DNA of 64,000 bases from the human T2T-CHM13v2.0 reference genome, Homo sapiens: the NCBI RefSeq assembly GCF_009914755.1, contig NC_060925.1; one strand, given 5' to 3'. The notes beneath the pieces are model-generated. The model did no database searches. It was not told where the DNA came from and saw nothing but the letters and a program-made list of their open reading frames with translations. The position numbers and the translations under genes were made by a program. Shown here piece by piece: positions 1-11,380 of this stretch (the stretch's first letter is position 1; every line of letters begins with the position of its first letter).

Positions 1-227
1 CTCACTGCAACCTCTGACTCCCTGGTTCAAGTGATTCTCCTGCCTCAGCCTCCCGAGTAGCTGGGATTACAGGCATGCGCCACCACACCTGGCTAATTTT
101 TGTATTTTTAGTAGAGATGGGGTTTCACCATGTTGGCCAGGATGGCCTCAATCTCCTGACATCATGATCTGCCCGCCACAGCCTCCCAAAGTGCTGGGAT
201 TATAGGCATGAGCCACCACACCTGGCC
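1..227 (-). mobile_element. Alu SINE (AluS, Sc-like), cut by window edge
   Basis: Canonical antisense Alu text (gtgattctcctgcctcagcctcccgagtagctgggattacagg ... gtgctgggattataggcatgagccacc) ending in ggcc at 227. Confidence 0.97.
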
Positions 228-2120
228 TGTGTGGCCTTTTTAATGATATTAATTCTTCTGATTCCTAAGCGTGAGATATCTTTCCGTTTGTTTGTGTCTT
301 CTTTAATTTCTTGCATCAGTGTTTTGTAGTTTTCCTTGTAGAAATCTTTTACCTCTTTGGTAAAGTTTATTTCTAGGTATTTTATTTTTTTGGTAGCTAT
401 TGTAAATGGGATTGCATTCTAGATTTCTCTCCTATCTAGTTCATCATTGGTATATAGAAACACTACTGATTTTTGTATGTTGATTTTGTATCCTACAGCT
501 TTACTGAATTTATTGATCAAATGTAGGATGTCTTTTAGTGGAGTTTAGGTTTTTCTCAACATAAGATCATATTATCAGCAAAAGGGAACAATTTGACTTC
601 TTCTTTTCCAACTTGGATGCCTTTTATTTCTTTCTCTTGCCTGATTGCTCTGGCTAGGACTTCCAGTATTATGTTGAATAGGAATGGCGAAAGCAGGCAT
701 CCTTTTCTTGTTCCAGATCCCAGAGGAAAGGCTTTCAGCTTTTCCCCTTTCAATATCATACTCTGTTCATAGTTCATTGAGAGTTTTTATATGAAGAGAT
801 GTTAAATTTCATCAAATGCTTTTTCTGCATCTATTGAGATGATCATATGATTTTTGTCCTTCGTTCTGTTGATGTGATATATTATGTTTATTGATTTGTG
901 TATGTTGAATAATCCTTGCATTCCTGGGATAAATCCCACTTGATCATGTTCTATTATCTTTTTGATGTGCTGTTGGATTTGACTTGCTGGTATTTTATTG
1001 AGGAGTTTGTTTCTATGTTCATCAAAGATATTGGCCTGTCATTTTCTTTTGTTGTGTTCTTGTCTGGTTTTGGTATCAGGGTAATGCTGGCCTTGTAGAA
1101 TGAGTTAGGAAGAGTTATCTCCAATTCAACTTTTTTGTAATAGTTTCCAGAGGATTGGTATTTGTTCTGCTTTATATGTTTGGTACAATTTGACTTTAAA
1201 TTAGTCTAATCATGGGCATTTCTTTGTTGAGAGGCTTTTATTACTGATTCAACCTCACTACTCATAATTGGTCTCTTTAGGTTTTCTATTTCTTCTGGGT
1301 TTAATCCTGGTAGGTTGTATATTCCATGAATTTATTTATTTCCTCTAGGTTCCAGTTTGCCAATGTATAGTTTTTTGTAATACTCTCTGGTGGTCTTTTG
1401 AATTTCATGGTATCAGTTGCAATGTCTCCTTTTTCATTCTTGATTTTGTTTATTTGGTTCTTTTCTTGATTAGTCTAGCTAGCGGTTTATCAATTTTGTT
1501 TATCTTTTTGAATAACCAGTTTTTTGTTTTGCTGATCCTTTGTATTGTTTCTTAGTCTCTATTTTATTTAGCTCTACTCTGATCTTTATTATTCATTTCC
1601 TTCTGCTAATTTTGGGTTTGATTTGTTCTTGCTTTTCTAGTTCCTTGAGGAGCATTGTTAGGTTGTTTATTTGAAATATTTCTACTTTTTTGATGTTGGT
1701 GTTGCCTGCTATGAACAGGCAGCAGTCTCTCTTAGTACTGCTTTTGCTGAATCCCACAGGTTTTGGCATGTTGTGTTCCCATTTCCATTTGTTTCAAGAA
1801 TTTTTTTGATTTCCATCTTAATTTCTTCATTGACCCAATGGAGCATGTTGTTTAATTTCCATGTATTTGTATAGTTTCCAAAGTTCCTATTTACATTGAT
1901 TTCGATATTCTGTAGTTGGATCAAATGTTCTGTAAATATCTGTTAGGTCTATTTGGTCTGAATTCCAGTATAAATCCAGTGATTCTCTGTTGATTTTTTT
2001 GTTTCAATGGTCTGTCTAATGCTGAGCGTGGGATATTGAAGTCCCCCACTGTGATTGTATTGGAGTGTATCTCTCGCTTTAGATCTAGGAATATTTGCTT
2101 TATGAATCAGAGTGCTTTTT
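228..2120 (-). mobile_element. Old LINE-1 ORF2 fragment (endonuclease end to RT), decayed, with internal deletions
   Basis: Minus ORF 556-777 ([45 protein letters not shown]...LFPFADNM) is the L1 RT core with FADD changed to FADN. Minus ORF 1709-1924 ([22 protein letters not shown]...[15 protein letters not shown]) is L1 ORF2 after the endonuclease. The + strand is T-rich. Confidence 0.95.
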
Positions 2121-3020
2121 CATGTTTCCCATATCCTTACATTAATACACATATCTGTTCATCTGGTGGAACAGTTGCTTTTTCCAATTTTTTGAATTTA
2201 CTTTTGTAGGGGAGGACTTTTTCCTGAAGCTGTATATATGTTGTATATGTTGTTGGTTGGATAGGGCACTTTGGCATTTTTTAAAAGCATACTGTCAACC
2301 TTATAAGGCCCAGGGCACAAGGACTGATCTACTTTAGTGGGCTGTGGTTTCAACTTCAGTTTAGTTTTTAAAGACTTTTCAGTACTATTGGGATATTCCC
2401 TGTTTGTGTCTCCCAGGACACACTACATTCTAGTTCAGTTCTCAGAGCCTTTATTTAGTGAGCTGTTTTGGGTCAGTTCCATACGTGCATAACTTGCGGG
2501 TGGATCCAGTCTTCATGCACAACTTTATTGGATGGTTTTCTCAAGCTCCCCCTTCCCTGTGCTTTTCTCCAACACTCTTGACTCCCAAGGGCCCCCTTAC
2601 TTCTTAAGGTCTCAGTTTGGAGCCGTAACTGCCACTTCTATCAGTGTTACACTGAGCAAAGCAAGTCCAAGATCAGGGACAGGCAACCGTACCTTGCCTG
2701 TTCCAGTGCTCTGCAAGGGCATATGGGAGAGGCAGGAAGGGAATGAAGAGTTGGGAACAAAAACCCAGCCTACCATTGTAACACTGCAGACGCACAACCA
2801 AATTACAGAACACCAAGGCCTCAGATGTCTCCAGCTGAGGTGTCCCAAGTCCTCTGGATTCCTGGTGTCACTGTCTTTTTCATGTCTTATAAACTGGCTT
2901 GAGCCCCATCTCAGGCACTGTGCAATGTCCAGGGGACTCTCTATGGGGTCTACAAATTCCCTAGGGCTGGGTCTCCTGATCACTCTTACCCTGGTTTTCT
3001 TTTCCTGCTAAATTTTTCCA
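2121..3020 (-). mobile_element. Probable 5' (ORF1/5'UTR) portions of old L1M elements
   Basis: Contiguous with the L1 ORF2 fragment and resembles L1M 5' regions from memory. Subfamily and right boundary are uncertain. Confidence 0.5.
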
Positions 3021-3621
3021 TCTCCTTCTTGTGACTGTACTTCCCTCCCCACCTCCATACACCTCACACTAAGCTCTGAGCCAAAAACCCCGCCTTGCTT
3101 GACTGAGCAAAAAACCATCTATTTTGAGCTTCTACTCTTTAGATGCTTGTGTGTGGGCTCCCCTCTCCCCAGCTAACTCAATTACATTCTGAGGCGGGTA
3201 AACTACTTGTCTGGGTAAGAAAATAAATGAAAGGGAAATAGTATGAAGATTTATTCCCCAATGAACTCCTTCTTTCTGGAGTTGTGGTATCAGGGGAGTA
3301 TCTTTTCTTTATTCTTGTTGCTCGTACTAACATTTTAAGGCATGGAGAAAGTCTGTAGCAAGGAAACCAGTTTGCCAGTTAATTGTTGTTTAATCCAATC
3401 TTTCCAAAATGTACTTGGCCATGGCATGTCTTTGTCATGGAGCATCCATTAACACCTGAAAGCCCAGGGCGTGGGAAAAAGCACCTAAGACGAGGGTTGT
3501 TGTGAGGATCAAATGGAAGAAGGTGAGCTTTAGGTATTTTCTGCTGACAAGTTAGTGGAGCTTCCCCTTCCACTCCAGAGACCACTCCTGCCCACCCCAA
3601 ACCCCCTGTTATCCTGGAAAA

Positions 3622-3736
3622 ATTGTCCAAATGAGGCCACTTTTGAGAGCAAAAGGAGTACAATTAATGCCTACACTAGGATAATAGTAGGCATAAACTA
3701 GACTGTCCTGGGCAAAGTGGATCATATGGTCACCCT
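3622..3736 (-). mobile_element. MER94-like hAT-Blackjack MITE
   Basis: cacttttgagag...gactgtcctgggcaaa...catatggtcacccta matches the recalled MER94 body and its TAGGGTGACC terminal inverted repeat. Confidence 0.7.
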
Positions 3737-4777
3737 ACACACTTTCTTTACAGCTGGTGGTGGCTGTTGCAAAATCCAGACTACAAATGAACTGAGTTTT
3801 CTGTTGACCTCTGTTTCCCCACCTGTGAAGTGAGGTCTTCTCAATTTTTTTTTCATTTATTCAATCATCAAAAACCACGTAACATGCCTCTCCTAGTTGC
3901 CAGCACTGTGTAGGCCTTGAGGAGCCACAGTGAATGAGATATTTCCCACCTTCAATGTCTTCAATGAGACATTTCTGGATCATGTAGAAGGAGAGACAGA
4001 TGATAGGATCATTAGGGATCATGGCCTCTGCTTCACCTTGACCTTTTTACCCTCAATCCATGTGCAAAGATCAATCTAGAAGGGCCTTTTGGTGGTGGAT
4101 CCTGGCTGTCATCACAGGAGGATCTCCTAGTACCTGGAGGCCTCCCCACATCTGCACTAGTTCGAACAATTTCCAGGTCAGAGTCCTAACTAGGGAGTTG
4201 GTGGAGACTTCTTCCCCAGGCCACTTCTTCTCCAGCTGGCAGCGCTAATCACGACTCACCTGCTGCTTTGGAGCAGGATTACCTGTCAAGGTTCATTTGA
4301 GCTGCGGGCTTCCCAGAGAATCCCCGCTCCCCACCAAACAGCTCTGATGGCAGCTGAGGGGCTGCTCCCCAGGAAGTGAGAGGGAGGAAAATTACCTTTC
4401 ATATGTTGTTGCCTGTTTGGCCAGGCAGTTGCAGCAACAGCTTGTGTCCTGCCAAGCCTGATAACAGGAGTGTCATGGTCTGGGGACAGACTGGCCCTGG
4501 GAGGTGAGCAATGAGGATTCCAGGAAACTGTGGAGATTGCCTGCAATTTGGACCTCTCAAATTAGATGGCCTCAGTGAGTCATTTCAGACTATACAAATT
4601 GCACCTTGGGCAGGGTCTGTTATATGGCTTCCTTGAGCCCTATTAGCTCTTAGAGTTTTCCTCAAAGACCATCACCATTAGAGACAGCAGAATTTGAGCT
4701 TACGTGCCTGTGTGTGACCAGGTATGTGACGATCAATATGTTACTTCATGGAAACCATAATTTATGGGGATAATAAC

Positions 4778-5250
4778 TGTATCAATTAGGACCCTTTTTA
4801 TTATAAGGGAAAGAAATGCAGAAGCAGAACTATAGGCTTATTAAGTAAAAAGTCCAGAGGAATTTCAGGTATGGCTGAATCCAGGTGCTCAAATGAGGCC
4901 TTCAGGAATCCACCTGTCTCTGTAACTTGTCTCTGCTTTTCTCCTCACTTGTCTACCGGCAGGCCTGCTCTTCCTGGTGGCCTCTAGGAATTGCAGGAGA
5001 AGGTAGAGCTTCACTAGCCCAGTAATTCCAAAAGTCTTAGAATAGAATTTCACTGGTTAGTGCTAAGTCATGTGCCCATGCCTAAGCTAAGTACTAAGGC
5101 CAGAGGAATAGGATGCTCTAATTGGCCAGGCTGAGGCCTTCAGCCCACCTCTTGGAACTCAAACCACAAGGACCTAGGAGGGGGTGACGTTCCCCAAATG
5201 GAGGAGCCATAACTCCAGAGAAAGGAGAAGTGGGTGTCAAGTCGACAAAA
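4778..5250 (-). mobile_element. LTR33-like ancient ERVL solo LTR
   Basis: tgtatcaattagg...aaaagtccagagg...tcaggtatggctgaatccaggtgctcaaatga. Related copies lie at 24437 and 54520. Confidence 0.6.
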
Positions 5251-6149
5251 AGAGCCTTTTTAGTAGGCATGAGATTTAACATTTTTATCAAGCAGTAGAT
5301 CAAATGCACTAACCAGTCAGAAGGGAGGCTGCCAGAGCAGGGTGGGAAATAAATTCTCTGGGTGCTGGACTGTGAGGAGCTGGGGAGGGCACCAGGAGAG
5401 GGGCTGGGGCAGTATGGGAGCATCTGGAGCTCAGGGTGGCAACCACTACTAGCCCATATGGACATTTTTGCCCTGGCCGTTCCAGTGAGTCCTGGTGAAC
5501 ATGCCCTGACGGCTGCTGCTTTGCCTAGACCAGCCCTCGTTTTCTTGGGTCCTCACTTGCACTCCACTTTGGGAGGTTGCTCAGGCTTGTCTGTGCACAC
5601 TTTGTCTCCAGACCTCTTGTTAACAGGTGTGTGTCATTGTTCAGAACAGCCTGGCCACCCCAGGCCACCAGCCTGGGAGATAGGCATTAGCAGATGGCAT
5701 GGCGCCAGTCTCCTGAAGTGTCTGTGCTGCTGCTGCATTTAAGAGTCTCGGGCCTCAGGCTTATCTGTATCAACCTCAAAATAGTGACATTTACATGGCA
5801 CTCAGTGGTATTAGATCCTGCCTGGGCATCTAAGGGAGTCATTCTGAAAGATGGAGGATGGAAGACATGGTCAGGAATAGCTAGAGAGCCACTTGGGCGC
5901 AATTGTGAAACAAATGTCATGGGAACTCGAACCCAGCAGCCATCCTGCACTGAGCGTTTGGTGTGCTGGCCCCTGTGCTGAGTGTTTCCCATGCTCTTCC
6001 TCAACTGAACATCACATGAAGCAGGTGCAATGTCACCCCAGAGGATGAGGAAACTGAGGCACAGAGGGTGGAAATCACTTGTTCACCTCACTCCTTATTC
6101 ACCCTTCTGGGTCACCTCACCCTTCCAGGTCACCTCACTACAGATGAGA

Positions 6150-6660
6150 TCTAAGGCCTCTCCTGGGGCCTTTCCAAGGCCTTGGCCTGATCTGATCCCC
6201 ATCTCTCTGACCTCCTGTCTAACTATGTCCTCCTCACTCTGCTCCAGCCTCACAGGCCTCCTGGCCATCCTGGGCCAGGCTCCACACATTCCCACCCCAG
6301 GGACTTGGCACATACTCTTCCCTCTGCCTGGGATGCTTGTCCATCTCAGACCCACATGACTCATCCATAAATTCTACTCAGATGCTTCCTCCTCAGGGGC
6401 TGCCCTCCCTCTGCACCCTGCAGCCTCCCATGGCTCCCTCATTCCCTCTGCCTCATTCCTGTCCTGGCACATGTCCTGCTCCAGGATTGTGTCATATATG
6501 CGTTTGTTGATCTGGTTTTTATCCACACCCTGCACTAACTAAAGTGTAAGCTCAATAAGGACAAGGCTTTGGTTAGTTTTGCTCATTGCTATTTCCCTGG
6601 CATCTAGGGCACAGCTTGGCACACAATAGATGATCCATAACTATTTGTGTGCAAATCAAT
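6150..6660 (+). mobile_element. L2 LINE 3' fragment
   Basis: tcactctgctccagcctcacaggcctcctggc...ttccctctgcctgggatgc...tgtaagctc...ggcacacaatagatg, typical L2 3' end. Confidence 0.8.
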
Positions 6661-8339
6661 TTGTAAAATGGGGGACCACCTGCCCCATAAATTTCTTGTG
6701 ATGTTTAAATTAGACAAGGTGGGTATGCTTTGTATATATGCACATTACTTATGTATATGTAAAATTCTGCATGGATACTTGGCTGCATGTTACGTATGCA
6801 TATGTAGGGCCCACAGGCAGCAATTTTTCAATACAGGGCATTATCTCTCTCTATCCCTTCAACTGTGCTTCTCCTCCATGGTTCTGGGACTTGCCCAAAG
6901 GTGCCATCATCCTCTCCATCGCCTGTGCTGGAAAGCTGGATGGGGAGGCCTTTAGCATCACTTGCCCACTGCTCCAGCTCACACTTCTTCCTGGCACAAG
7001 GCAGGATCGACTTCCCGGTCCCTGTGGTTGTGGGGAGAGAAGTGGAACAAATAATTCTGGCCTATTTGTTGTGAGTGAAAGTGATGCCTGCCGGTTCCGA
7101 GCTGGATATTGTTGTGACTGAGACCACTCAGAGTTCTCATTCATCTGCCACAGTGACTGGCAAGGCACCAGACAGTGGCCACTCATTGGCCAAGTCCCTG
7201 AGTGAGGACCACATGGACAGAGCCTCATCTGGGCTTCAATGGACAGGAAGCCTGAGTAACAGACCTTTGTTGATTTGGGGCTGTTTGTTACGTGGCAGAG
7301 CCAGCCTGTTCTGACTGATGCAGTTACAGGGGGCTGGTAAGGCTACCCTTTAATCACATAGCAGAACAATATCTGGTAAGGACAGAGCAGGGCTTGCTGA
7401 CACTGACTGACTTCAGTCCACTTGTCATTTCTCCTCTGTTCCTGGAGAGGGATGGCAATGTGAAAGCTAGCAGAGACCACACTCACTGCTCCATGCACCA
7501 GTTGTGTGACCTTAGACCAGGCAGTACACTCCCTGTAGCTCAGTTTTCTCTCCTGACACTTGGGGTTAACAAGAATGTTCTCTCCTCTTCTCCAACACAC
7601 ACACAGGTCCCTGGGGTAATTAAGACAGGTAATGAATGTGAGAGCTTTGCAGGAGCATGGGCCATTTTTAAGTTGTGGAAACTGCTCTGGGGTCCTGTCC
7701 AGGCCCATGGCTTTGTGCCCTTCAGTTTCCTGGTTGCTGAAGCCTCCTGGGGAGGTGGCCCTGGTCACTCAGAGATGTTAACACCCCTCAGGTGAGGAGA
7801 TGTGATGGGCTGGCCATGTCTCCTCGTTTGCTTGCTGTCACATTTAATGCAGGCTCCAAGCCTGGCCACTTAGTCACTCATCCAACACCTCACTCAAACC
7901 TAACACCCGCTTCTTCCCACTAATGAGGTTTTGCTTGGAGATGCCGGCTCTCACCCCAAACTTGTTTCTCTTTTCTGTTCCTGTCACATCGAGGGGAAAG
8001 GTGGTGTTCAAATTATCTGTCCCCCAGGGCAATAGTTAATACTTTTGAGGTGAAATTCTTTAAGGGGTTGTCTTTCTGGCTGGACCCTTTCTGGGCTCCA
8101 GAATCCTGACTGTGGCCCTGAGGGACTATCCCTCTCCATTTGGCTTCATGTTGTGTGACCTGTAAGAGTTCTTGGACCCAGAGCTTTAGGCATTGACTGA
8201 ATGGCTTCTTGAGAAAGGTGGAATCAACCTGTGAGAAGAGGGCAGTTGACAATTCACCATACAGGAAATTGCAGACTAATTAATACAACTTTGAAAGATA
8301 GTCAGTGGAGCCTTTGGCCAAGACATTATTTGCCAAATA

Positions 8340-9049
8340 GTCCACATGCTGCCCTGCAGTTCCCAGTCTGTTTTGCACTTATGTTCATGCCATGTGACTA
8401 GTTCTGACCAATGGACTGTGAGCAGAAGCAATATGCGTGTGTTAGTTCATTTGCATTGCTATAAAGGAATACCCAAGGCTGGGAAACTTATAAAGAAAAG
8501 AGGTTTATTTGGCTCACAGTTCTGCAGGCTGTATATCAAGTATAGTGCTGACATCTAGTAAGGACTTCACAATTATGGCAGAAGGCGAAGGGGAGCCCAC
8601 ATGTCACATGGGAGTGAGAGAGGGAGTGAGAAAGAGAGGGAGGAGATGCCAGCCTCTTTTAAACAACCATAGAATGGGTGAACTCACAGAATGAGAACTC
8701 ACTCATTACTGTAAGGACAGCAGCAAGTGGTTCATGAAGGATCCACTCCCATGACCCAAACACCTCCCAATGGACCCACTTTCAACATTGGCGGTCACAT
8801 TTCAACATAAAATTTGGAAGCAACAAGACATTCAAAACATATCAGTATGTCATTTCCAGGCTGAGGTGGCCAAGAGCTAATGTGACTCCTCCATCCCTGT
8901 CTTCCCATAAAGAGGTGACCCAGGCGACTGCCTGTTCCAGACAGCATAGCTACAAGACAGAGAAGAGATAAATGTTTATTGTGTTAAGCCATTGAGGTTT
9001 GAGGGTTTGTTTACAGTGGTGGCCAACATTAATAATCCTGACTGATACA
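8340..9049 (+). mobile_element. MLT1 (J/I-like) MaLR LTR interrupted by an MST LTR
   Basis: gccatgtgactagttctgaccaatggactgtgagcagaag before 8438 resumes at ~8845 and ends ...cctgactgataca. Confidence 0.7.
8438..8844 (-). mobile_element. MST (MSTA/B) MaLR solo LTR
   Basis: tgtgttagttcatttgcattgctataaaggaatacccaaggctggg...ggctcacagttctgcaggctgta...aaacatatca, with TG...CA termini. Confidence 0.9.
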
Positions 9050-9722
9050 GGGTGCTGTGAGAATGTAATTTCCATGTGGACAGGGACCATGTCTGTTTTG
9101 TCCACCACTGAGGCACCAATACATAACAAAGCATGTAGAAGCTGCTAAATAAATATACATGAATGATGGAATGAAGTTTGTGTACAAATTTTCAAAGTTT
9201 CCTCTCCAGGCAACCAGTGAAAACTCCTCCATTGAAGTGTCACAGGGATGGTGGTTTCTGTTCTCTTCTTTCTTGCCTGGTCCCATGGTCCTCAGGTTCC
9301 ATGGGTCCTTGCTTCTGAGGGTCTCTACTCCTCCTGCTCCTGCTGCTCTGTCTCCTGATGTCACTTCCTTGTGACATAGGCCTTTTCTAGCATTTGCCCG
9401 AAGTCTGAGTCTTCATCAACAGCACTCCTGAGACGCACATTTGTCCTCTGGGAAGTATCGGCCCCTAATCACTTGCTTGGGGGCTTCCTACGCTACTTTC
9501 CCCAGTAGTTTTGATCTAAGTCAACACAGGAATTTGACACATTGCTATTTGAATCAAGAGAGGTTGCCATACTAATGTTGTGCAGCTAAGCATGACCTGG
9601 TAGATGTGGTCAAGGCTACCGCATCATTCTTCACTGGACTCTAGTCACTTGCTTCTAAACCTATCACCTATCACCTATCACCAGGCTCAAGTTTTATGTT
9701 CCAAATCGACTTTCTGGACTGG

Positions 9723-10150
9723 TGTTGTGGTTTGAATAAGGTTTGTCCCCTCTGAAACTCATGCTGAAATTTGATTGCATTGTGGTGGTGTTGGAAGGTG
9801 GGCCCTAATGGGAGGTGCTTGTGTCATAGGAGCAGATCCTCCATGAATAGATTAATGCTGTCTTGTGGGAGTGAGTTCTCACCATCACAGGACTGAATTA
9901 GTTACGGTGAGAGGAGGTTGTTATAAAGTGAGATTCCTCCTCATGTTTGCTTTTTCTTTGCACATGCCTTTCTGTTTCTCCACCACGTCTTGACATAGCA
10001 CTTGGCCCTCACCAGAAGCTGAGCAGATGCCAGTGCCATGCTCTTGGACTTTCCAGCCACTAGAATCACGAGCTGAATAAAGCTTTTTTCTTTATAAATT
10101 GACCCACTCTCAGGTATTCTGTTATAGCCACACAAAATGGACCAAGACAG
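9723..10150 (+). mobile_element. MST (MSTB/D-like) MaLR solo LTR
   Basis: tgttgtggtttgaat...aaactcatgctgaaatttgat...gccctcaccagaagctgagcagatgcc...aataaa...ggaccaagaca. Confidence 0.9.
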
Positions 10151-10214
10151 CTGTCACGAGAGGACTCTTTCTAAAATAAAATCTGACTTTATCCCTCCCT
10201 TGCTGAAGAACAGT

Positions 10215-10410
10215 GTAGTAGCTAGGAACATGGGTTTCAGACCCTCAGCACCCTGGTTCGACTCCCTTCTCTGTCACTTACGCTGTGTGGTTTTTGGTAA
10301 TTTCCCTAAATTCCCTCTGCCTCAGTTTCCACAACTGTTAATGGAGATGATAATGAACATCCCCAGGATTCTTGTAGGATTCAATCAGTTAATACACATC
10401 AAGTGATTAG
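10215..10410 (+). mobile_element. MIR SINE
   Basis: MIR core ctggttcga...tcacttacgctgtgtgg...gcctcagtttcc. Confidence 0.75.
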
Positions 10411-10658
10411 GTTCAGGAAAAAAATAGCTCAAGAATCTCAGGCTAAAGTCTTTCAGGCCTGGAATTTGAGGCTGTTTACCATGGGGCTTCTGTTGATCTC
10501 TGATCTCTTCTCCCGTCACTCCCTGACTTGAGCCTCCAGCTCAGGCTGCCTAGCTGGTTTCTGACACACATGGTCTTGCTATTACCTCTGCCTGGACTCT
10601 CTTCTCTCTGTCTCATTTTGAAGATTCAGCTCAGAGCCATCTCTCCCAGGAAGCCCTT

Positions 10659-11038
10659 TGTATTAAACAGCTTGGGCTTCCATAACAAAATACCACAGGC
10701 TGGGAAGCTTATACATAGAAACTTATTTTCTCATAGTTCTGGAAGCTGGAAGCCCACAATCAAGGTGTCAGCAGATTTGGTGTCTTCTGAGGTCTTTCTC
10801 CTTGACTTGCAGACCGCTGCCTTCATGCAGTGTCCTCATCTGGCGTTTCCTCTGTGCTGTGTGTGTCTGTTTAAATTTCTTCTTCTTATAAGGAAGAGTT
10901 TCCTGGTTACCCTAAAGACCTCCTTTTAACTTAATTACCTCTTTAAGGAACTTATCTTCAAATACAGTTACATTATGAGGTACTGGGAGTTAGACTTCAA
11001 TACATACATTTTGTGGGTGACACAATTCAGCTCATAGA
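10659..11038 (-). mobile_element. MLT1A-like MaLR solo LTR
   Basis: tgtatt...cataacaaaataccacaggctggg...ctcatagttctggaagctggaag...gacacaattcagctcata. Confidence 0.85.
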
Positions 11039-11146
11039 CCCCTCTATGACTCTTACACTTCACACTCTGCCTCCCACCTCCACTGGGACCCCACAGCCCT
11101 CTGTGCATATCCCTGTCATGGCCCTTAACACTGTATGGCAGCAAAA

Positions 11147-11380
11147 TTCATTCAGCAATCTTTATTGAGCACCTGCTATGTGCCAGGCACTGTGCTGGGA
11201 ACTGGGGCAAGACAGTGGAGAAGAAGGGCGCCCTGCTCCCTGCAGTGTTGGAGCAGATGTCCTGGAGGTGGAGGTAGACATGGAGCAAGGTAATGAGCCT
11301 TAGAAAAGAGGCAGAAGACAGCTCTATAAACATACAGGACAAGAGGACCTGAACTAGGTCAAGAGGTCAGAGAGGACTCT
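11147..11380 (-). mobile_element. L2 fragment
   Basis: ttcattcagcaatctttattgagcacctgctatgtgccaggcactgtgctggg. Confidence 0.8.

Noticed and set aside
556-1924. Reverse-transcriptase/endonuclease peptides as a possible active or novel RT system
   Set aside because: Ordinary L1 ORF2 fossil: fragmented by stops, frameshifts and deletions, with the catalytic FADD mutated to FADN.
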